A DNA stretch of 64,000 nt from Octopus sinensis (GCF_006345805.1 NC_042997.1:95790001-95854000), one strand, 5' to 3'; shown: positions 26,042-40,400, counted from the stretch's first letter. The notes: a model not told the origin generated them from the letters alone. Numbers and translations are program-made.

Positions 26042-26758
26042 TTTCATGCATTTATATATTCAATTAAAGTTACAATGAAGAATGTGGAAAACATTTCAAG
26101 GATTCTCCATTTGGGTTCATTGGGTGAACATATGTTTAGATATCGGAATACACACACACACTCACACGCGAACAGTAACGAAACAAACACTTGTTTGCTA
26201 TTGTGAAACCTACACGCACAAATGTATACACAAACATGTGTACATCAGAACGTGTGCACACAAATATGTATACCCCAACAAACTACAATCCTCAAGATCT
26301 CCTTTAGCTTCAAACAAATTTGCTACTTTGTTAGTGCCCAACTTGAACTCTGCCAAAGACGGAAACACTCAAAATAAACACCAAAGAAACACACATACAT
26401 ATATTATATATATATATATATACATGTCAATATACATGTGTGTATGAGTGTGTATGTGTGTGTGCGTGCTTCCAATCTACTTCCGCGTATATAAATGGTT
26501 TAAATGGATGACTTCATTTACGTGTATGTATGTTTTTTACGTGTATCCTCTGTAATATAAGCAATGTTGTAAGACCTGTTTCCATTTGATTTTATCTCGT
26601 CAAGATTTTTGAACGCATTTAGAATGCATTTATTAGAATGAGGAATAGTCATGTATGGATTACTCAAAGGCAAATCCTCCTGACCTCCTCCTCGTCCTCC
26701 TGCTCCTTAGTATAATTGTTACTATCATCATTGTTATTATTTATTATTATTATTATCT

Positions 26759-26792
<34 letters not shown>

Positions 26793-27071
26793 CGTTGCTC
26801 TAGCATCATGATGAAACCTGGTAAGTCATCGCAAAATTTCCTCATTAGTTCCATAAATAACAACTGTTGTTATTTTTTTCTAGTTTTAAACCTTGTAATT
26901 CGTAATTAGTACTTATCACAGCATTATGAATATTCATATTCTTTCGTCATTCTTATTCTCATTGGCTGTTTAACCATTGAATTTATATTAAAGAGACACA
27001 ATTTTCTGAAGAGTATTATTTCGTTAATAACTTCTTCAGTAAGCTTTTTCGAACACAAATATTTTTTGACA

Positions 27072-27299
27072 ATGAAGTTTCCTATTGGTGTTTACTTTCT
27101 ACTGATTCCATTTTGTTCGGGACAGTTTCCCGAAAGAATAAGGACCAAAGGAGCTATGGGCAATAAAGTTGTCAGTGACATTGTTGAGAAACTGGCTACC
27201 AAAGGAATTTTTTCGAATAAGCACCTTCTACGAAAACTAGCTGCCATTCAAAGTAAGGATGGTGTTCCATTTAAGCCTCATAGTGGTGGCCTGTGGCGG
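27072..27299 (+). CDS. Exon 1 of secreted chitin-binding/mucin-like protein (signal peptide)
   Basis: ATG 27072; MKFPIGVYFLLIPFCSG hydrophobic leader; donor GTAAGT at 27300, phase 0, matches the phase-0 acceptor at 43772; the link across 16.5 kb is inferred. Confidence 0.6.
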
Positions 27300-28046
27300 G
27301 TAAGTTAAATTCAATTTATTTTACAAGCATTTTGTAGCGTTATCTAAGATACAGTAAATAAAAATAATTTTTATATAGGCGTAAGTTTTCATGGAAATAT
27401 GGAAAAGTAACAAAGACCTTTTATTTTCACAATAATTTTTTTTATATGATTCGAAATACAGCGTTCTCTGTCGATTGCACTGTTTCTTTGATGTTCAGAT
27501 ATGCTTTTGCTATAATTTAATAAGTGAGTGAGATAGGGGAGCGAGAGAGCCTGCAAATGTTCAAAATATACTCAAAAGCATTGTGAGCTTACATAAAATA
27601 TAATGATCTGCAACTCCAAGCAAAATATAATGGTTCATAGCTGTACTAATCCTTACTCATGCTCAATTTCCTTTGCTCGTTTATAATATTCTTTTCTTCC
27701 AGAGTTGATTAAATTGAACGATAAATACGATGCTTCAAACTGAAGGCAAGTAAAACACTAAAAGACGAGATTTGATGCTAAGATATTGTAATAGTTCATC
27801 TTAGGTGAGCACACAATAGGAAAGGATTTAATACAATTTGAATTTGAAACGGAAAGATTCAACCGAATTATTGTTTCACCTGCAGGGGTCGTAACCGATT
27901 CAGGTTAGCTACATTTCAAACGACACCCCAGAAGTATTTGACATGTTGATCGTTTCTCTACTGATTAAATGATCAACATTCAGCACCCCATACGCACACC
28001 TTCCCAAGAAAATACATACAAGCACACAAATTACACATAAACGTGC

Positions 28047-28099
<53 letters not shown>

Positions 28100-28658
28100 T
28101 ACATATACACTCACACGCACATACACACAAACACAAGCACACACACATATGTATGTATCTTGGTGTATCTGCTATTGCTTAGTGCATCATTGTAGTACGG
28201 TGAGGCATCGTTTAAAGTTACCTCGTTCGACGACAGTGAGAAAATATGCTTGCCAGTATTACTAACCATATTTTTGAGAATACTGGTCGTGTGATTTGAT
28301 CCTTTGTTGATACAGAATAGATTTGTGGAATAGATCTCCTATGTCGCCAGTAGATATAACCCAAGAAGTGTCATATTGTGCCAGCACCCCTTTTTCCACA
28401 ATCCATCGAACTTTATTATACAGAACTCTTTGCCGCACTATATATTACATAATAACCTAATAATTTTAGACATACATCTTTCAAACGTTAATCTTATTTT
28501 AATTTCTATTTTTATATTATTATGGAGATGTACTTGCATAGCATGTGACCTGATCTGATATCGTTTGCTAGAACGAAAACAATTGCAGCGTGGATGGTGT
28601 TTATAAGCCATGTAAGAAACACACAGAAACTGTCAGATTCACTTCAACGTTAAATCTA

Positions 28659-28711
28659 CTTTGTCAAAATATTTTCGTCGCTTTGAGACCGCGACCTGTT
28701 CACTGACAAAA
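28659..28711 (-). ncRNA. Minimal type-I hammerhead-like motif, G3-C8 core
   Basis: Minus strand: TTTGTCA/TGACAAA stem I (7 bp plus a U-G); GTGAACA; G; GTCGC-9nt-GCGAC; GAAA; palindromic AATATT; H17=U at 28667. Confidence 0.7.
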
Positions 28712-28977
28712 TTCCGTGCTGCGATGAGGAACATTTTACAATAATTCTCTAAGCTCGTCTGACATAAATTGAGTTTCATTATCTGACACAACGGTATCAG
28801 GAATAGCATATCTGATAATCAGTAAGTGCAAAAGACTTATTGTAACAGCAGATGTCGGCTTTTTATATTTATGCACTTCTGCCACTTTGAAAAACTGTCC
28901 ATCACAAGAAGGTAATATCCACCCTTAAGCTGATCTGCGTAATCAACATGCAGTCTGGACATGCAGCACGGAATTTA

Positions 28978-29022
28978 GTCAGTGAACAAGTCGCTGTCTC
29001 AAAGCGACGAAAATATTTTGAC
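28978..29022 (+). ncRNA. Minimal type-I hammerhead-like motif, G3-C8 core (second copy)
   Basis: GTCA/TGAC stem I; GTGAACA 28982-28988; A; GTCGCT-7nt-AGCGAC; GAAA; AATATT; H17=U at 29018. Confidence 0.68.
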
Positions 29023-29384
29023 AGATTAAATTTAAATTTTGAATTGAATCTAACGGTTTTTGTGTGTTTCTTAAATGGCTTATAAACACCTCCCACGCTG
29101 CAATTGTTTATTTTTATATATTTTTTTAAATACCTAAATGTCTTATTTTTACCTTCATAATCATGTATTTTTCCTATCGCTCGAGAACACTGTTTACGGC
29201 TAGCTACCTATGCGCTATCTATATTGATATAATCACTCTAGTCAATACTAAACTACTAGACCATTTTATGGTTTTGTCAGTAGTTTCTCTCCCTTTACTG
29301 GAATATATTTTCATGCCTGAGTGATGAGTATTTTAATAATTTTAAATTCATAATTCAATTCATAATGTATTTTATCATATATAC

Positions 29385-29434
<50 letters not shown>

Positions 29435-30244
29435 ATGTGTGTGTTTCTACAGTTTTACAAATTTTTTGTCAGTATACGATATTTTTGCTTATAAGTATGT
29501 TCGAGCTTTGTTATAATATATTGTACTCTTAAAAGTCTTTCTTTGTTTTTCGCCCTCGTATGATTTGCATTATCTCTCTATCACCAAGCTAACATTCTTT
29601 CCCTACCCCTGCCACATTGCTACAAGTTATATTCCATTCAATATATATAAATATAACATTTTGTGTCATCTCTACTCACCCCTCACCTATCCTATCGCCT
29701 AAACATCCAATTACCGTTTCGGGTTTTCTTCCACCCGCTGTTTCTCCCTGCTTTTTCTTTCTCTCTTTCTTTTACACTGATTTCGTTTTTACACTTTGTT
29801 TTCTTATAAATATTCTTAATCGCTTAACAATTTCAATTTTAACAATAGATTTCATTTCACTTTTAATTTCATGCGTTCTTCACTTATATTCTATTTTTGT
29901 ATTTGCAATTTCTTATTCTTACCATAATCTATCATATTCTTTTCACAATATGTTTTTCATTTAAGTGTTTTCGATTCACCTATTATATTTTTTCCCATTA
30001 TGATCAATACTCCTTTCATCCAACGGTACACCGTTATTTTGGCTAAATCAACTTCAAGTGCTTATTCCTCGAACTGGTATCTCAAAACACTTTGATAATC
30101 GCAATACGTAAATTATCTTTATTAGTTGTATTATCACAACCTTCTCATGAACAGTTACGTGAACCTCTGAGTAACTATTTAAAGTTTTTACGGCTTCAAT
30201 AAATTAAATAGAACAATACATACGTATATGCCTGTTATATTTTA

Positions 30245-30425
30245 TTTGTTTCAATCATTAGACTGCGGCCATGATACGGCACTGTCTTGAACAATTTGTT
30301 TCGGTCCACCCGCAGTAAAATTTTTTTTTTATTAAGCCTGGTACTTATTCTATCGGTCTTCTTTGCTGACTGCTAGCTTACGGGGGACTTAAACACACCA
30401 ACCTCGGTGTTGAAGCTGTGATGGG
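30245..30425 (-). mobile_element. SINE family C 3' part
   Basis: GACTGCGGCCATG...GTACTTATTCTATCGGTC. Confidence 0.65.
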
Positions 30426-30563
30426 AGACATATATGTATATCCACGACCCAACCATTTGTATATCTACACGAGTCTGCATATCTATTCGCACACACGCAC
30501 GCATACGCGCAAGTCTGTGCAAATGAGTGCGCACGCGCGCACACACTCGTGCATACATACACG

Positions 30564-30612
<49 letters not shown>

Positions 30613-31497
30613 CCGTACATCCGCACAAATGCTTACTTATACACAAGAATGTACACGCTCGCATCCGCCTGCACACACATGCACTCTAGCTGTTATGCTT
30701 GCAAATCCAACTCATTCCATACCCAGACACACAGTCGCCACCAATTTCCTGTCCAACCACGCGGCCCAAAAATCACTTTCCACTCATGTAACTGCTATCG
30801 CTTACTTAGTAATCCTGCAACGGACCAGCGTTCTGTCCATGTGCGGTGTACAAACGCTATCAAACCGTGAGACCGGCCCTTATGAGTCGGTATGCCTCGA
30901 GAAGGTAAATATATATATATATAAGTATATCGACAACTCCTGTATATGCATATGTAGGTGACTATGCATATGTACTCGGACACAATCATACACATGCATA
31001 CGCACACATGCAAGCTTGTGCACGTGAGTGCACGCGCGCACACACACGCACACACACGCACATAGAAACACATCGATACGCACATACAAACACAGACACA
31101 TACACGGATATAAGAAAACACATACATGCACACACATAATCACCGGCACGCAACTGGTACACAAACTGGTATGCTTAGCAGCTCCAGTCTTTGCCCAGAT
31201 GCAATATCACTCATGTAACTGTTGTCGGTAGTTTGACGACACTGTCAATCGTTTCACCACCTAACCTTCCTTGACCAATTGCAGCCCACACAGCGGGGAT
31301 TCCCGTGCCTCGCCAGTTATCTGTATTTTTACCAGCTTGACGAGAAAAGCGCTGTTAGGCGCTTCGAAACTTGAAGTAGCATGGAATCCAAATCAAGCTG
31401 TTTTGAAAAATAAAATACATGTCTGTAACTCCCAAGAAATATATTGAATGCCCTTTCTTGCGTCTTTTCACTCATATATATATATGCATAGATACAT

Positions 31498-31569
<72 letters not shown>

Positions 31570-31871
31570 CTTTCTTTTATTAGCCACACAGGGCTGAATA
31601 CAGAGGGGACAAATACAAATGCAGAGCTTTTCGTTTCGAGGGTGGAAAAAAATAAAAAATGTAAGATTGCGATCAAAAGGGATCGAGAGGAGGAAAAAAA
31701 AGGAAAAAAAGGAAAATCGTGTATCACAGAAATAATGGTGTAAACATTGATATAACAAGATTGGGTTCATCCGTGGGAAGAAAAGCCTACAGAAAAGACC
31801 ACGGGAACCCCAGTCAGGGAGGAAATAAACACATGAGGTCAAAAATGCTCTCTTTCTTTCTTTTTTACGAT

Positions 31872-34800
31872 CTACAGGATCATGCTCAAAATGGTTTCGT
31901 TACTAGCACGCACCATCTTTGCAACATTCACCCATCTTTTTTTGAATCTTTCGCGAGACAAAACTTCCCTCTCCATTCTCACCTTCCTTTTCAAGTGGTA
32001 CTTGAAAAAGTTGATGAGCGATTGGCCAGAGAGGTAAGTGTTTGTCTCTAATCCTTTCGCTCGAGTCCACCACACACATTCTTTCACCATGGCCACCAGT
32101 ACGATGAAAACTGCCTTGCCTTCCCGGTTGAGGGAAGGGGGCGGAGCAATTCTCACGATAGACTCGGCCGATAGGCGGATTCGTCCCACACGTGACAGCA
32201 GCCGTTCGGCATAAGCCCACAGGTCGGAAATGGTTGGACATTGCACGAGTGCGTGCAGAACGGTTTCGTCGCTCTGACCGCATCTCGGGCAAGTCGGTCC
32301 AGTGTGTCTGGAACCGTGTCTGTAGAGCTTATCCCGAACAGGTAATGCTTCTCGATAGCACTGCCAGGCCAGGGATCTTTGGTGATTGTTCATAGGTCCC
32401 GCCCCACAAAAGGCGACCACCCCTGTTCACCGTTGTCTATGAAGCGCCGGAGATATCGCAGTCTCAGCGCATGTCTGCGCATCATCAACCACGGCATGCC
32501 CAGCCCTCCATTTAGCGGGTGTTGGCAGCAAATGGATCGTCTAACCATCGGAACGTTTCCCTTCCACAAGAAGCGGAAGAGTATGCGTTCCAGTTTGGTG
32601 ATGGTAGGGTCGGGACAAGGCACGACGGTCAGACGATACTCGATGACGGATACGATGTACGCGTTCGCCACCTCCGCCCGACCTTTTAGGGATAGCTTTC
32701 TCTCAGTCCATTTCTGGGTGAGAGTAGCCACCCTAGTTGTTATCTCGCCCCAGTTCTTCTCCATTTGGAGGTCCGGACCGAACCAGACTCCGAGCAATTT
32801 AACCGGTCCGTCCGTCCAGCGTCCCACGATGGAGACGCTGTTGGACGGCATGGGCTTGCTTCTCCAGGTGCCGAGCCGCAATCCCACTGACTTTTCCCGG
32901 TTAATTTTTGCTCCCGTTACCGCTTCGTATTCTTTCAGTGTCTCGCCGACCAGCTCGATGTGCTCGTAGCTCGACACTATGACGGTGACGTCATCCGCGT
33001 ATGCAGACACGCTCCTCCCGCATCCCAGCTCTCGTGGGATGCCCCTCAGCGTCGCCAGTTTCCGCAGTAGTGGCTCAAGAGTCAGTACATACAGCAGCGA
33101 TGAGAGGGGGCATCCCTGACGAACCGAACGCATGATGTTAAAAGGTCTGGATAGATGACCATTTACGCGAACTACTGAGCGGATGCCGCTGTATAAGGCA
33201 GCGATCCAACCGCGGAAAACTGGACCGAAACCAGCCGCTTTGAGGACAGCCTCCAAGTAGTGATGGTCTACCCTATCGAAGGCTTTTGATTGATCCAAAT
33301 TGATCAGCGCCCCACCCATGCCAGGATTTTTAACTACCCTGTCTATGATGTAGCGCATCAGATGGAGGTTGTCATGAATACTTCTACCCGGCACGGCGCA
33401 TGTTTGCGCCTTGTCGATTAGTTTCTTGATGACAAGCGCCAACCTCTCGGCTAACACCTTGGCCAAAATTTTCAAATCTGCGTTGAGCAGAGTGATGGGC
33501 CTGAAATTATCTATGACGTCCCCCTTGTTTGGGTCTTTCTTGATCAGTGCCACTGCTCCTCGCTTTACAAAAGCAGGAATACTCCCGTTCTGCTGCCAGT
33601 TGCAGTAGACAGCTGCAAAGACGCCTCCAAACAAGTCTGGCATATGAAAATAAAATTCGTAGGGCAGACCATCCAAGCCTGGTGACTTGTCTCTCGCGCA
33701 GCCTACCATCGCATCCTGTACATCCGCAGCTGTGATAGGCTTTTCACAAGACTCCACCTCCCTTGCTGAGAGTCGTGGCAAGGCATGCAGGTAGGCACTA
33801 AAGTCCACTCTGCTTTCTGACTCACCACTTGTCCCAAACAGTTGGGTGAAGTGTTGTTGAAAAACCCCACACATCCTTTTAGGCTCGAGCAATTCGCGCC
33901 CCTGTTCATCTATAAGAGACTTGATGGTGGCTCTGTTGCCTCGTTGCGTCTCCACCACTCGGGCCTCTTGGGCGGCTCCAACTCCTTCGTTCCTCAGAGC
34001 ACGCATCCTAGCTCTGACAACGCATCCCTCGTGTTTGGCGTTGAGGTGTTGGTCGAGGGCCAATCTCGCCGCCAGTACGTTGGACGCGATGCCAGTTCTA
34101 AGTGCCTCTTCTAAAACCTTAACTAATTCTCCCTCTATTCTATTTCGGTCTAATGCTAAGGCTCTACTGTATCTGACTGATTCTGCTTTAATCGCTTTTT
34201 TTAGGGCATACCACCATCTGTTGTTGATGATGGTACCCGTCAAAGCTCTCTTAACTAATGTGCTGATCCGGTCCCTGTAAACCTGTCGTGCTGTAAAAGA
34301 CGCGTTCAGTTTCCAGTAACCAGGACCCTGCCTATGTGTCTTATCTAAGTCAAGTGTACAAGTCACAAACTTGTGATCTGTGTAACTGACTATATGAAAT
34401 TGTGGACAACCTACACTATTTTTATCTATTGTCCTACAGAATACTCTGTCTAAGTATGATCTGGACGACCCGATGCGGTTACTCCATGTCCACATTGGCA
34501 CATTCGGGTGGTCCAGTCGGTACCTGTCAGACAGTTGGAAACTTCTGAGCAGGTCTTTGAGGCATTTGCATCCCCTTCTATTGCTATCTCTGCCCACGTA
34601 GTCTAGATGCGTGTCCAGGGTGGCATTCCAATCCCCCACTAAAAGTAAAGGACGAGACGTTCCCATGAAAGACTCTAGACGTCGAAAGAAATCTGGTCGG
34701 CCTGTTAAGTCGAAAAGCACACTCATTGCTGCCATCGACATCCAAAACGACCAGCCTACCCTCCGGGTCTAGGAAATTTGCTCTTACTTTGAGATCCAGA

Positions 34801-35030
34801 CTCTTCCGGATAAGCACCGCGGTGCCACCTCCGCCCATTCTCGGTAGACACGGAGAAAAATAAATGTTGAAATGTGTACCGAAAATGTGCTGGAGTGCCC
34901 GCAAGCTGTGGAGTCTGGTCTCACTGATGGCTATGATATTCAGATTTAGTGACTTGATGTCATTTAACAGGTAGCCTTGTTTCCAAGGCGACCCCAAGCC
35001 ACGTACATTTATACTACCTATTCTGAGCAT
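31872..35030 (-). pseudogene. Tx1 ORF2 (APE endonuclease, RT, zf-RVT) with two deletions
   Basis: MLRIGSINVRG..ISET, LVGDWN, SYLDR, SDH-like TDH, KAFDRVDH, RQGCPLS, YADD, CPRCGQSDET..H; 23-bp deletion near 34715 and ~0.25-kb deletion near 32400 relative to the neighbouring copy. Confidence 0.9.
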
Positions 35031-35072
35031 GTTCCGATAAAAGTGCAAAAAAGGAAAAGGAGAGAGAAAAGG

Positions 35073-37218
35073 TTACTTGTTTTTCGAAAGTTCTTTGTCT
35101 TTCACCTCACGGTCTTCTTCTATGAGGCTTTTATACAGTTTTTTCGATGAGTACTTTTGAAATCTCCCTACTGCATCAGGGTAAAGAGATTTCAGGGTGC
35201 TGTATGTGTTCTGTGTCACGTGTATTATTTTAATGTGTTGTGGTGGTGTTGTATGTGGGTGGTTACTTGTTTTTATGTCGTTTTCAGTAATGTTAGTGTT
35301 TGACCTAATGTGTTCCATTAGGTCGTGGTTGTTTGTGTTTATGGCTGTCAACATTTTTGGGGGTTTGATGATGGTGTGTTTGTGTTGATGTGTGTGTTTT
35401 CTGTGGATGTTTTTGTTTCGGGAGTGGTGTATCTTCCCGCTTTGTTTGTTATTTTTTCTTTTCTTTTTTTTCCCCTTTTTCTTCTCCCCCCTGTGGCTAT
35501 TTGCCAATCTTCCGTGTCTTCTTCGTCTAATGACAGATCAGACGAATCGGAGTCTGGAAGAGGGAAAGAATTGGGGTCTATTGTCGACTGTGTTGGTTTT
35601 GTTGTTGGTGTTGGTTGGTGAGCGTTTGGTTGTGGTGTATGCGGTTTTGGATGTGGGGTTTGGGTATTTTGTGTTTGAGTGATTGTGGGTATTGTTGTGT
35701 TGTTTAGGGTGTCAATTTTGTGGGGATTTGGAGTTGTAATTGTTTCTTCATTTTTGCTGGGGTCTTTTTGGCAGATGTCCTTGGTTTGGGAGTTGGTATA
35801 TTCTTGGTTGTTGTTGTTGGTGATGCTGCTTCTGTTCTTGGTGCTGCAGTTGGTGTGGTTGTTTGTTTGGTGAGGTTTGTTCCTGCAAAAAGTGGTGTGG
35901 GTAGTAAACCTTGTTTATTTGTTTTTGTTTCCGGCTGCTGTTGTTGTTGCTGTTGTTTTCTTGCGGCATATTTGCAGTCTTTTTTGAGGTGTTGCTCACT
36001 GCCGCATATGTAGCAACGTGGTCTTCTGCCATCGACGACCACATATAACTTGTGGTCGTCTGATACACATATCTGGGTGGGTATTTTTTTTATATCCTCA
36101 TGATGTATATGTAGAAGAAATTCTATTTTTTGTCCCACCCAGTTTTTATGCTCTGTGACTGTGGTTTCCAAAATAGTATAATTCGCCATTTTTACGCATA
36201 AGGCCTTTACAAGCCATAGACTATTGGCTATTTTGGGGACATTGTTTAGAGTGATCTTAGTCACTTTCTGTCCCCGATAGCTTGGTGTAAGTTGGAGTTC
36301 ATCTGAGTGAAGAGTTAGCGTTGAGAAATGTCTAGCTAACTCTTCGGTGTAGAAAACAACTTGTATGTGGGCAAATTTGTTCCACCAGGTTACATATTCT
36401 TTGTGATCCCAGATGGGTTTCAAGCACTTCTCTATTTTGCTTGTGTTGGCCTTCTCTGGGATTTTTGTTTTTTTGTTAACTATTTTATAAATGATTGTTC
36501 GTCTTTTTTCATTTTCCAAAATATCTTCTGGTATGTTTATTTTTACTATACCTTCTGATTCTGTTATTTTGATGTTCGTGTCCTGTATTTGTTGAGCCGT
36601 AAAGTATATTGTTGTTTTTTTTTCTTTAATCGCCTCAGCGAAATTTGTTGTTGTTTTGTTATTGTTGTTGCTTGTGGTGATGTTGTTGTTGGCTGCAGTT
36701 TGTAAAATTGGTGTGTTTGGTTCGATCGTGCTAGTAGGAAGGGGTGGAAAATTGCCTGCGTACTTTAGTCCTGCACTAGGGCAAAATTCGACATTTCGTT
36801 TGCTTGTCGTCGTTATTTTTTCACTTGTTGGTGATGGAGTGAGCAGTGGTTGAAGGGAATTGTTGTTGTCGTCGTTGTTGTTGTTGTTATTGTCGTTCTT
36901 GGTGACGGCGGTGGTGTTGGTAGTATTAGTAGCATTGACGGCACGGTCTTTGGTGGCGGTGATGGTGATGTTGTTATTGGTGGCGATATCTTTAGTAGGG
37001 ATAGCAGTTTTAGTAGCAGATTCTGCCATGGTGTTGGTGGTGGTGGTGGACTCACTGATGGTGTTGACGGTGCTTGGCCTTGCGACCTTTGTTTTGTATT
37101 TGTTGCTGTTGGTGGTGGTGGAGTTGTCAGGTTCGGCGTATGCTAACAGAGCATCCTGTTTTTCTGTTTCTGCGTCACGCTTCACTTGCAACTCAGCCTC
37201 GTGGTGGCCAGTGGCCAT
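35073..37218 (-). pseudogene. Tx1 ORF1 (nucleic-acid-binding, CCHC knuckle), frameshifted near the C-terminus
   Basis: ATG at 37218; CYICGSEQHLKKDC; Thr/Asn/Gln-rich ends; C-terminal part in the 35073..35507 ORF. Confidence 0.75.
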
Positions 37219-37444
37219 TTTGGAAATAAAATGGCTAAATGAAACCACGAAGGCTATGAGAATTTTTTCTTTTAAATTTTGCCCACAAGGAGCAAAATTT
37301 TGTGTCGATATTTATCAAAGGTTTACAGTGGATGTTGTTGCACAACTTTTAAGCACAAAATGTTTGTCAATATACACTTTTAAATGGTCAAAATAAATGA
37401 TTACCTTCGGAGCTGAAACGACATCACATCCGTCAGAGATAGAT

Positions 37445-37475
<31 letters not shown>

Positions 37476-40400
37476 TGTTTCTTTATTAGCCACACAGGGC
37501 TGCACACAGATAGAACAAATTACAAGGTAGAGCTTTTCTTTTGAAGGTTTAAAAAAAAAAAAAAAAAAAAAAAATAAATAAATAAATAAAAAAAAATAAA
37601 AAATAAGAAAAAAATAAAATAAAATAAAAATAAAATAAAAAAAAAGGGGGGTCGATCAAAAGGGATCGTAAAAGGAGAGAAAGAGGACAAAAAAAAGGGG
37701 GGGTTAAAAAAAAGGGGGAGAGGAAAAAAATTGATCAATAGGGATCGTTATCACAGAAATGTCAATATGAAGTGTAAAGGGGGGGACAGGTGAGGTTTAC
37801 CCGTGGAAAGAAAAGCCTACGGAAAAGACCACGGTAACCTCGGTCAATGAAGTCACATGTTATATTTCTTTTTTTTTTTTCTTTTTTTTGCAAATAAGCA
37901 ACTCTCTGTATTAATTTTTACGGTTCATAGAATCATAGTCAAGGTGGCTTCGTCATTCATACGTGCCATCCTTGCTACATTCACCCATCTTTTTTTAAAA
38001 CATTCACTAGACAAAACTTGCCTCTCTACTCTCACTTTTTCTTCAAGTGATACTTGAAGAAGTTGATGAGAGATTGACCAGAGAGGAAAGTGTTTGTCTC
38101 TAATCCTTTCAGACGCGTCCACCAGATACATTCTTTCGCCATAGCCACAAGTATGATAAAAATAGCTCTTCCTTCCCGTTTGAAGGAAGGAGGCGTGACG
38201 ATATTAACGATAGACTCCGCTGATAAACCGACACGTCCCACACGTGACAGCAGTCGTTCGACATAAGCCCACAGGTGGGAAATTGCTGGACACTGCACGA
38301 TTGCGTGCAGAGCGGTTTCGTCGCTCTGCCCGCATCTCGGGCAGGTCGGCCCCGTGTTTCTCGAGCCATGCCTATAGAGCTTATCCCGAACGGGTAGCGC
38401 TTCTCGGTAGCACCGCCAGGCCAGGGATCTCTGGAAGTTGTCCATAGGTCCCGGGCCGAAAGTCGTTTGAAACAGGCGGGTCAGGTATTCCTCGTCGACG
38501 CCCAGGTTTGCCCCGAGCTCGTCGTCGTACCTCCCCTCCACTAATCCCCTATAGAATGCTTTGGTTGTGTTGAAGTCACTCAAGGTCGACCCGGGACGGC
38601 AGAGTTGCTTGAGAGCAACGCGACACTCGCGGTGCCATTCGCCCTTCTTCGGCCTCTTTTTGATCCACGACTGTAGTTCGGTCATGGAGACGAGTTGCGG
38701 GAATGCGTGCCTCACAAACGGCGACCACACCTGTTCACCGTCGTCTACATAGAGCCGGAGATGTCGCAGTCTCAGCGCGTGTCTGCGCATCATCAACCAC
38801 GGCATGCCCAGCCCTCCTTTTAACGGGTGTTGACAGCAAATGGATCGCCTGACCATCGGGACGCATCCTTTCCACAAGAAGCGGAAGAGGATGCGTTCTA
38901 GTTTGGTGATGGTAGGGTCGGGACAAGGTACGACGGTCAGGCGGTAGTAGATGATGGACGCGATGTACGCGTTCACCACCTCCGCCCGACCTTTTAGGGA
39001 CAGTTTCCTCTCGGCCCATTGCTGGGCGAGAGTGACCACCCTACTCGTTATCTCGTTCCAGTTCTTCTCCATTTGGAGGTCCGGACCGAACCAGACCCCG
39101 AGCAACTCAACCGGGCCGTCTGTCCAGCGTCCCACGACGGAGGTACTGGTGGACGGCATGGGCTTGCTTCTCCAGGTGCCGAGCCGCAAGCCCACTGACT
39201 TTTCCCGGTTGATTTTTGCTCCTGTCACCGCTTCGTAGTCTTTCAGTGTCTCGCCGACCCGCTCGATGTGCTCGTGGCTTGACACTATGACGGTGACGTC
39301 GTCCGCGTATGCAGACACGCTCGTCCCGCATCCTAATTCTCGCGGGATGCCCCTCAGAGTCGCCAGCTTCCGCAGTAGTGGCTCAAGAGTCAATACGTAT
39401 AGAAGCGCCGAGAGGGGGCATCCCTGACGGACCGAACGTGCAATGTCGAAGGGTCTCGATAGATGTCCATTTACGCGAATTACCGAACGGATGCCTCTGT
39501 ACAAGGCAGCTATCCAGCCGCGGAAGACGGGACCGAAACCAGCCGCTCTCAGGACTGCCCCCAAGTATCGATGGTCTACCCTATCAAAGGCTTTCGATTG
39601 ATCCAAGTTGATCAGGGCCCCACCCATGCCAGGTTCGTTAACTACCCTGTCTATGATGTAGCGCATCAGATGGAGGTTGTCATGGATGCTCCGGCCCGGC
39701 ACGGCGCACGTTTGTGCGTTGTCGACCAGTTTCTCCATGACAAGCGCCAACCTCTTGGCTAAAACCTTTGTCAAAATTTTCAGGTCTGCATTGAGCAGAG
39801 TGATTGGCCTAAAGTTATCTATAATGTTTCCCTTGTTTGGATCTTTCTTCAGCAGAGTTACAGCTCCTCGACTCACAAAACCGGGTATGCTCCCGTTTTG
39901 CTGCCAGTTGCAGTATACCGCTGCCAAGACGTCTCCAAACAAGTCTGGCATACAATAGTAAAATTCGTCGGGTAGACCATCCAAACCCGGTGATTTGTCC
40001 CTCGAGCATTCTGCCATCGCTTCCCGCACTTCCGCCGCCGTGATGGCACCTTCGCAGCACCCTGCCTTTCTTGTCGAGAGTCGTGGCAGGCTATGTAGGT
40101 AGGCACTGAAGTCTACCCTACGTTCTTGCCCTCCACTCGTCCCGAACAGTCGGGCAAAATGCTGCTGAAAGGCCTCACACATTTTACTTGGCTCGAGCAA
40201 TTCGCGCCCCTGTTCATCTACCAGTGACCGAATGGTGGCTTTGTTGCCCTGTTGTGCCTCTGCCACCCGGGCCTCTCTCGCGGCTCCAACACCTTCGTTC
40301 CTTAGAGCACGCATCCTAGCTCTGACAGCACATCCTTCGTGTTTGGCGTTGAAGTGTTGGTCGAGGGCCAACCTCGCCGCCAAAACGTCGGATGCGATGC

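Larger units (their letters stand above)
28540..29109. mobile_element. PLE-like element with ~145-bp inverted repeats, each carrying a hammerhead fold
   Basis: 28577-28722 is the reverse complement of 28963-29109 (roughly 85% identical by eye). Confidence 0.7.
31569..37434 (-). mobile_element. Full-length but mutated Tx1-group (L1 clade) LINE in (GATA)n
   Basis: 5'UTR, ORF1 with CCHC, ORF2 APE-RT-zinc finger, pyrimidine-rich 3'UTR ending GGCTAATAAAAGAAAG; GATA repeats at both ends. Confidence 0.92.

Noticed and set aside
27010-27045. Minus-strand CTGAAGA-A-GTT-ATT-AAC-GAAA just upstream of exon 1
   Set aside because: Core and a 3-bp stem II are present but no helix III or stem I can be formed.
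27886-27903. Possible 18-nt micro-exon (TGCAG...CAG|GTTAGC) in intron 1
   Set aside because: It has an in-frame TAA in the required phase 0.
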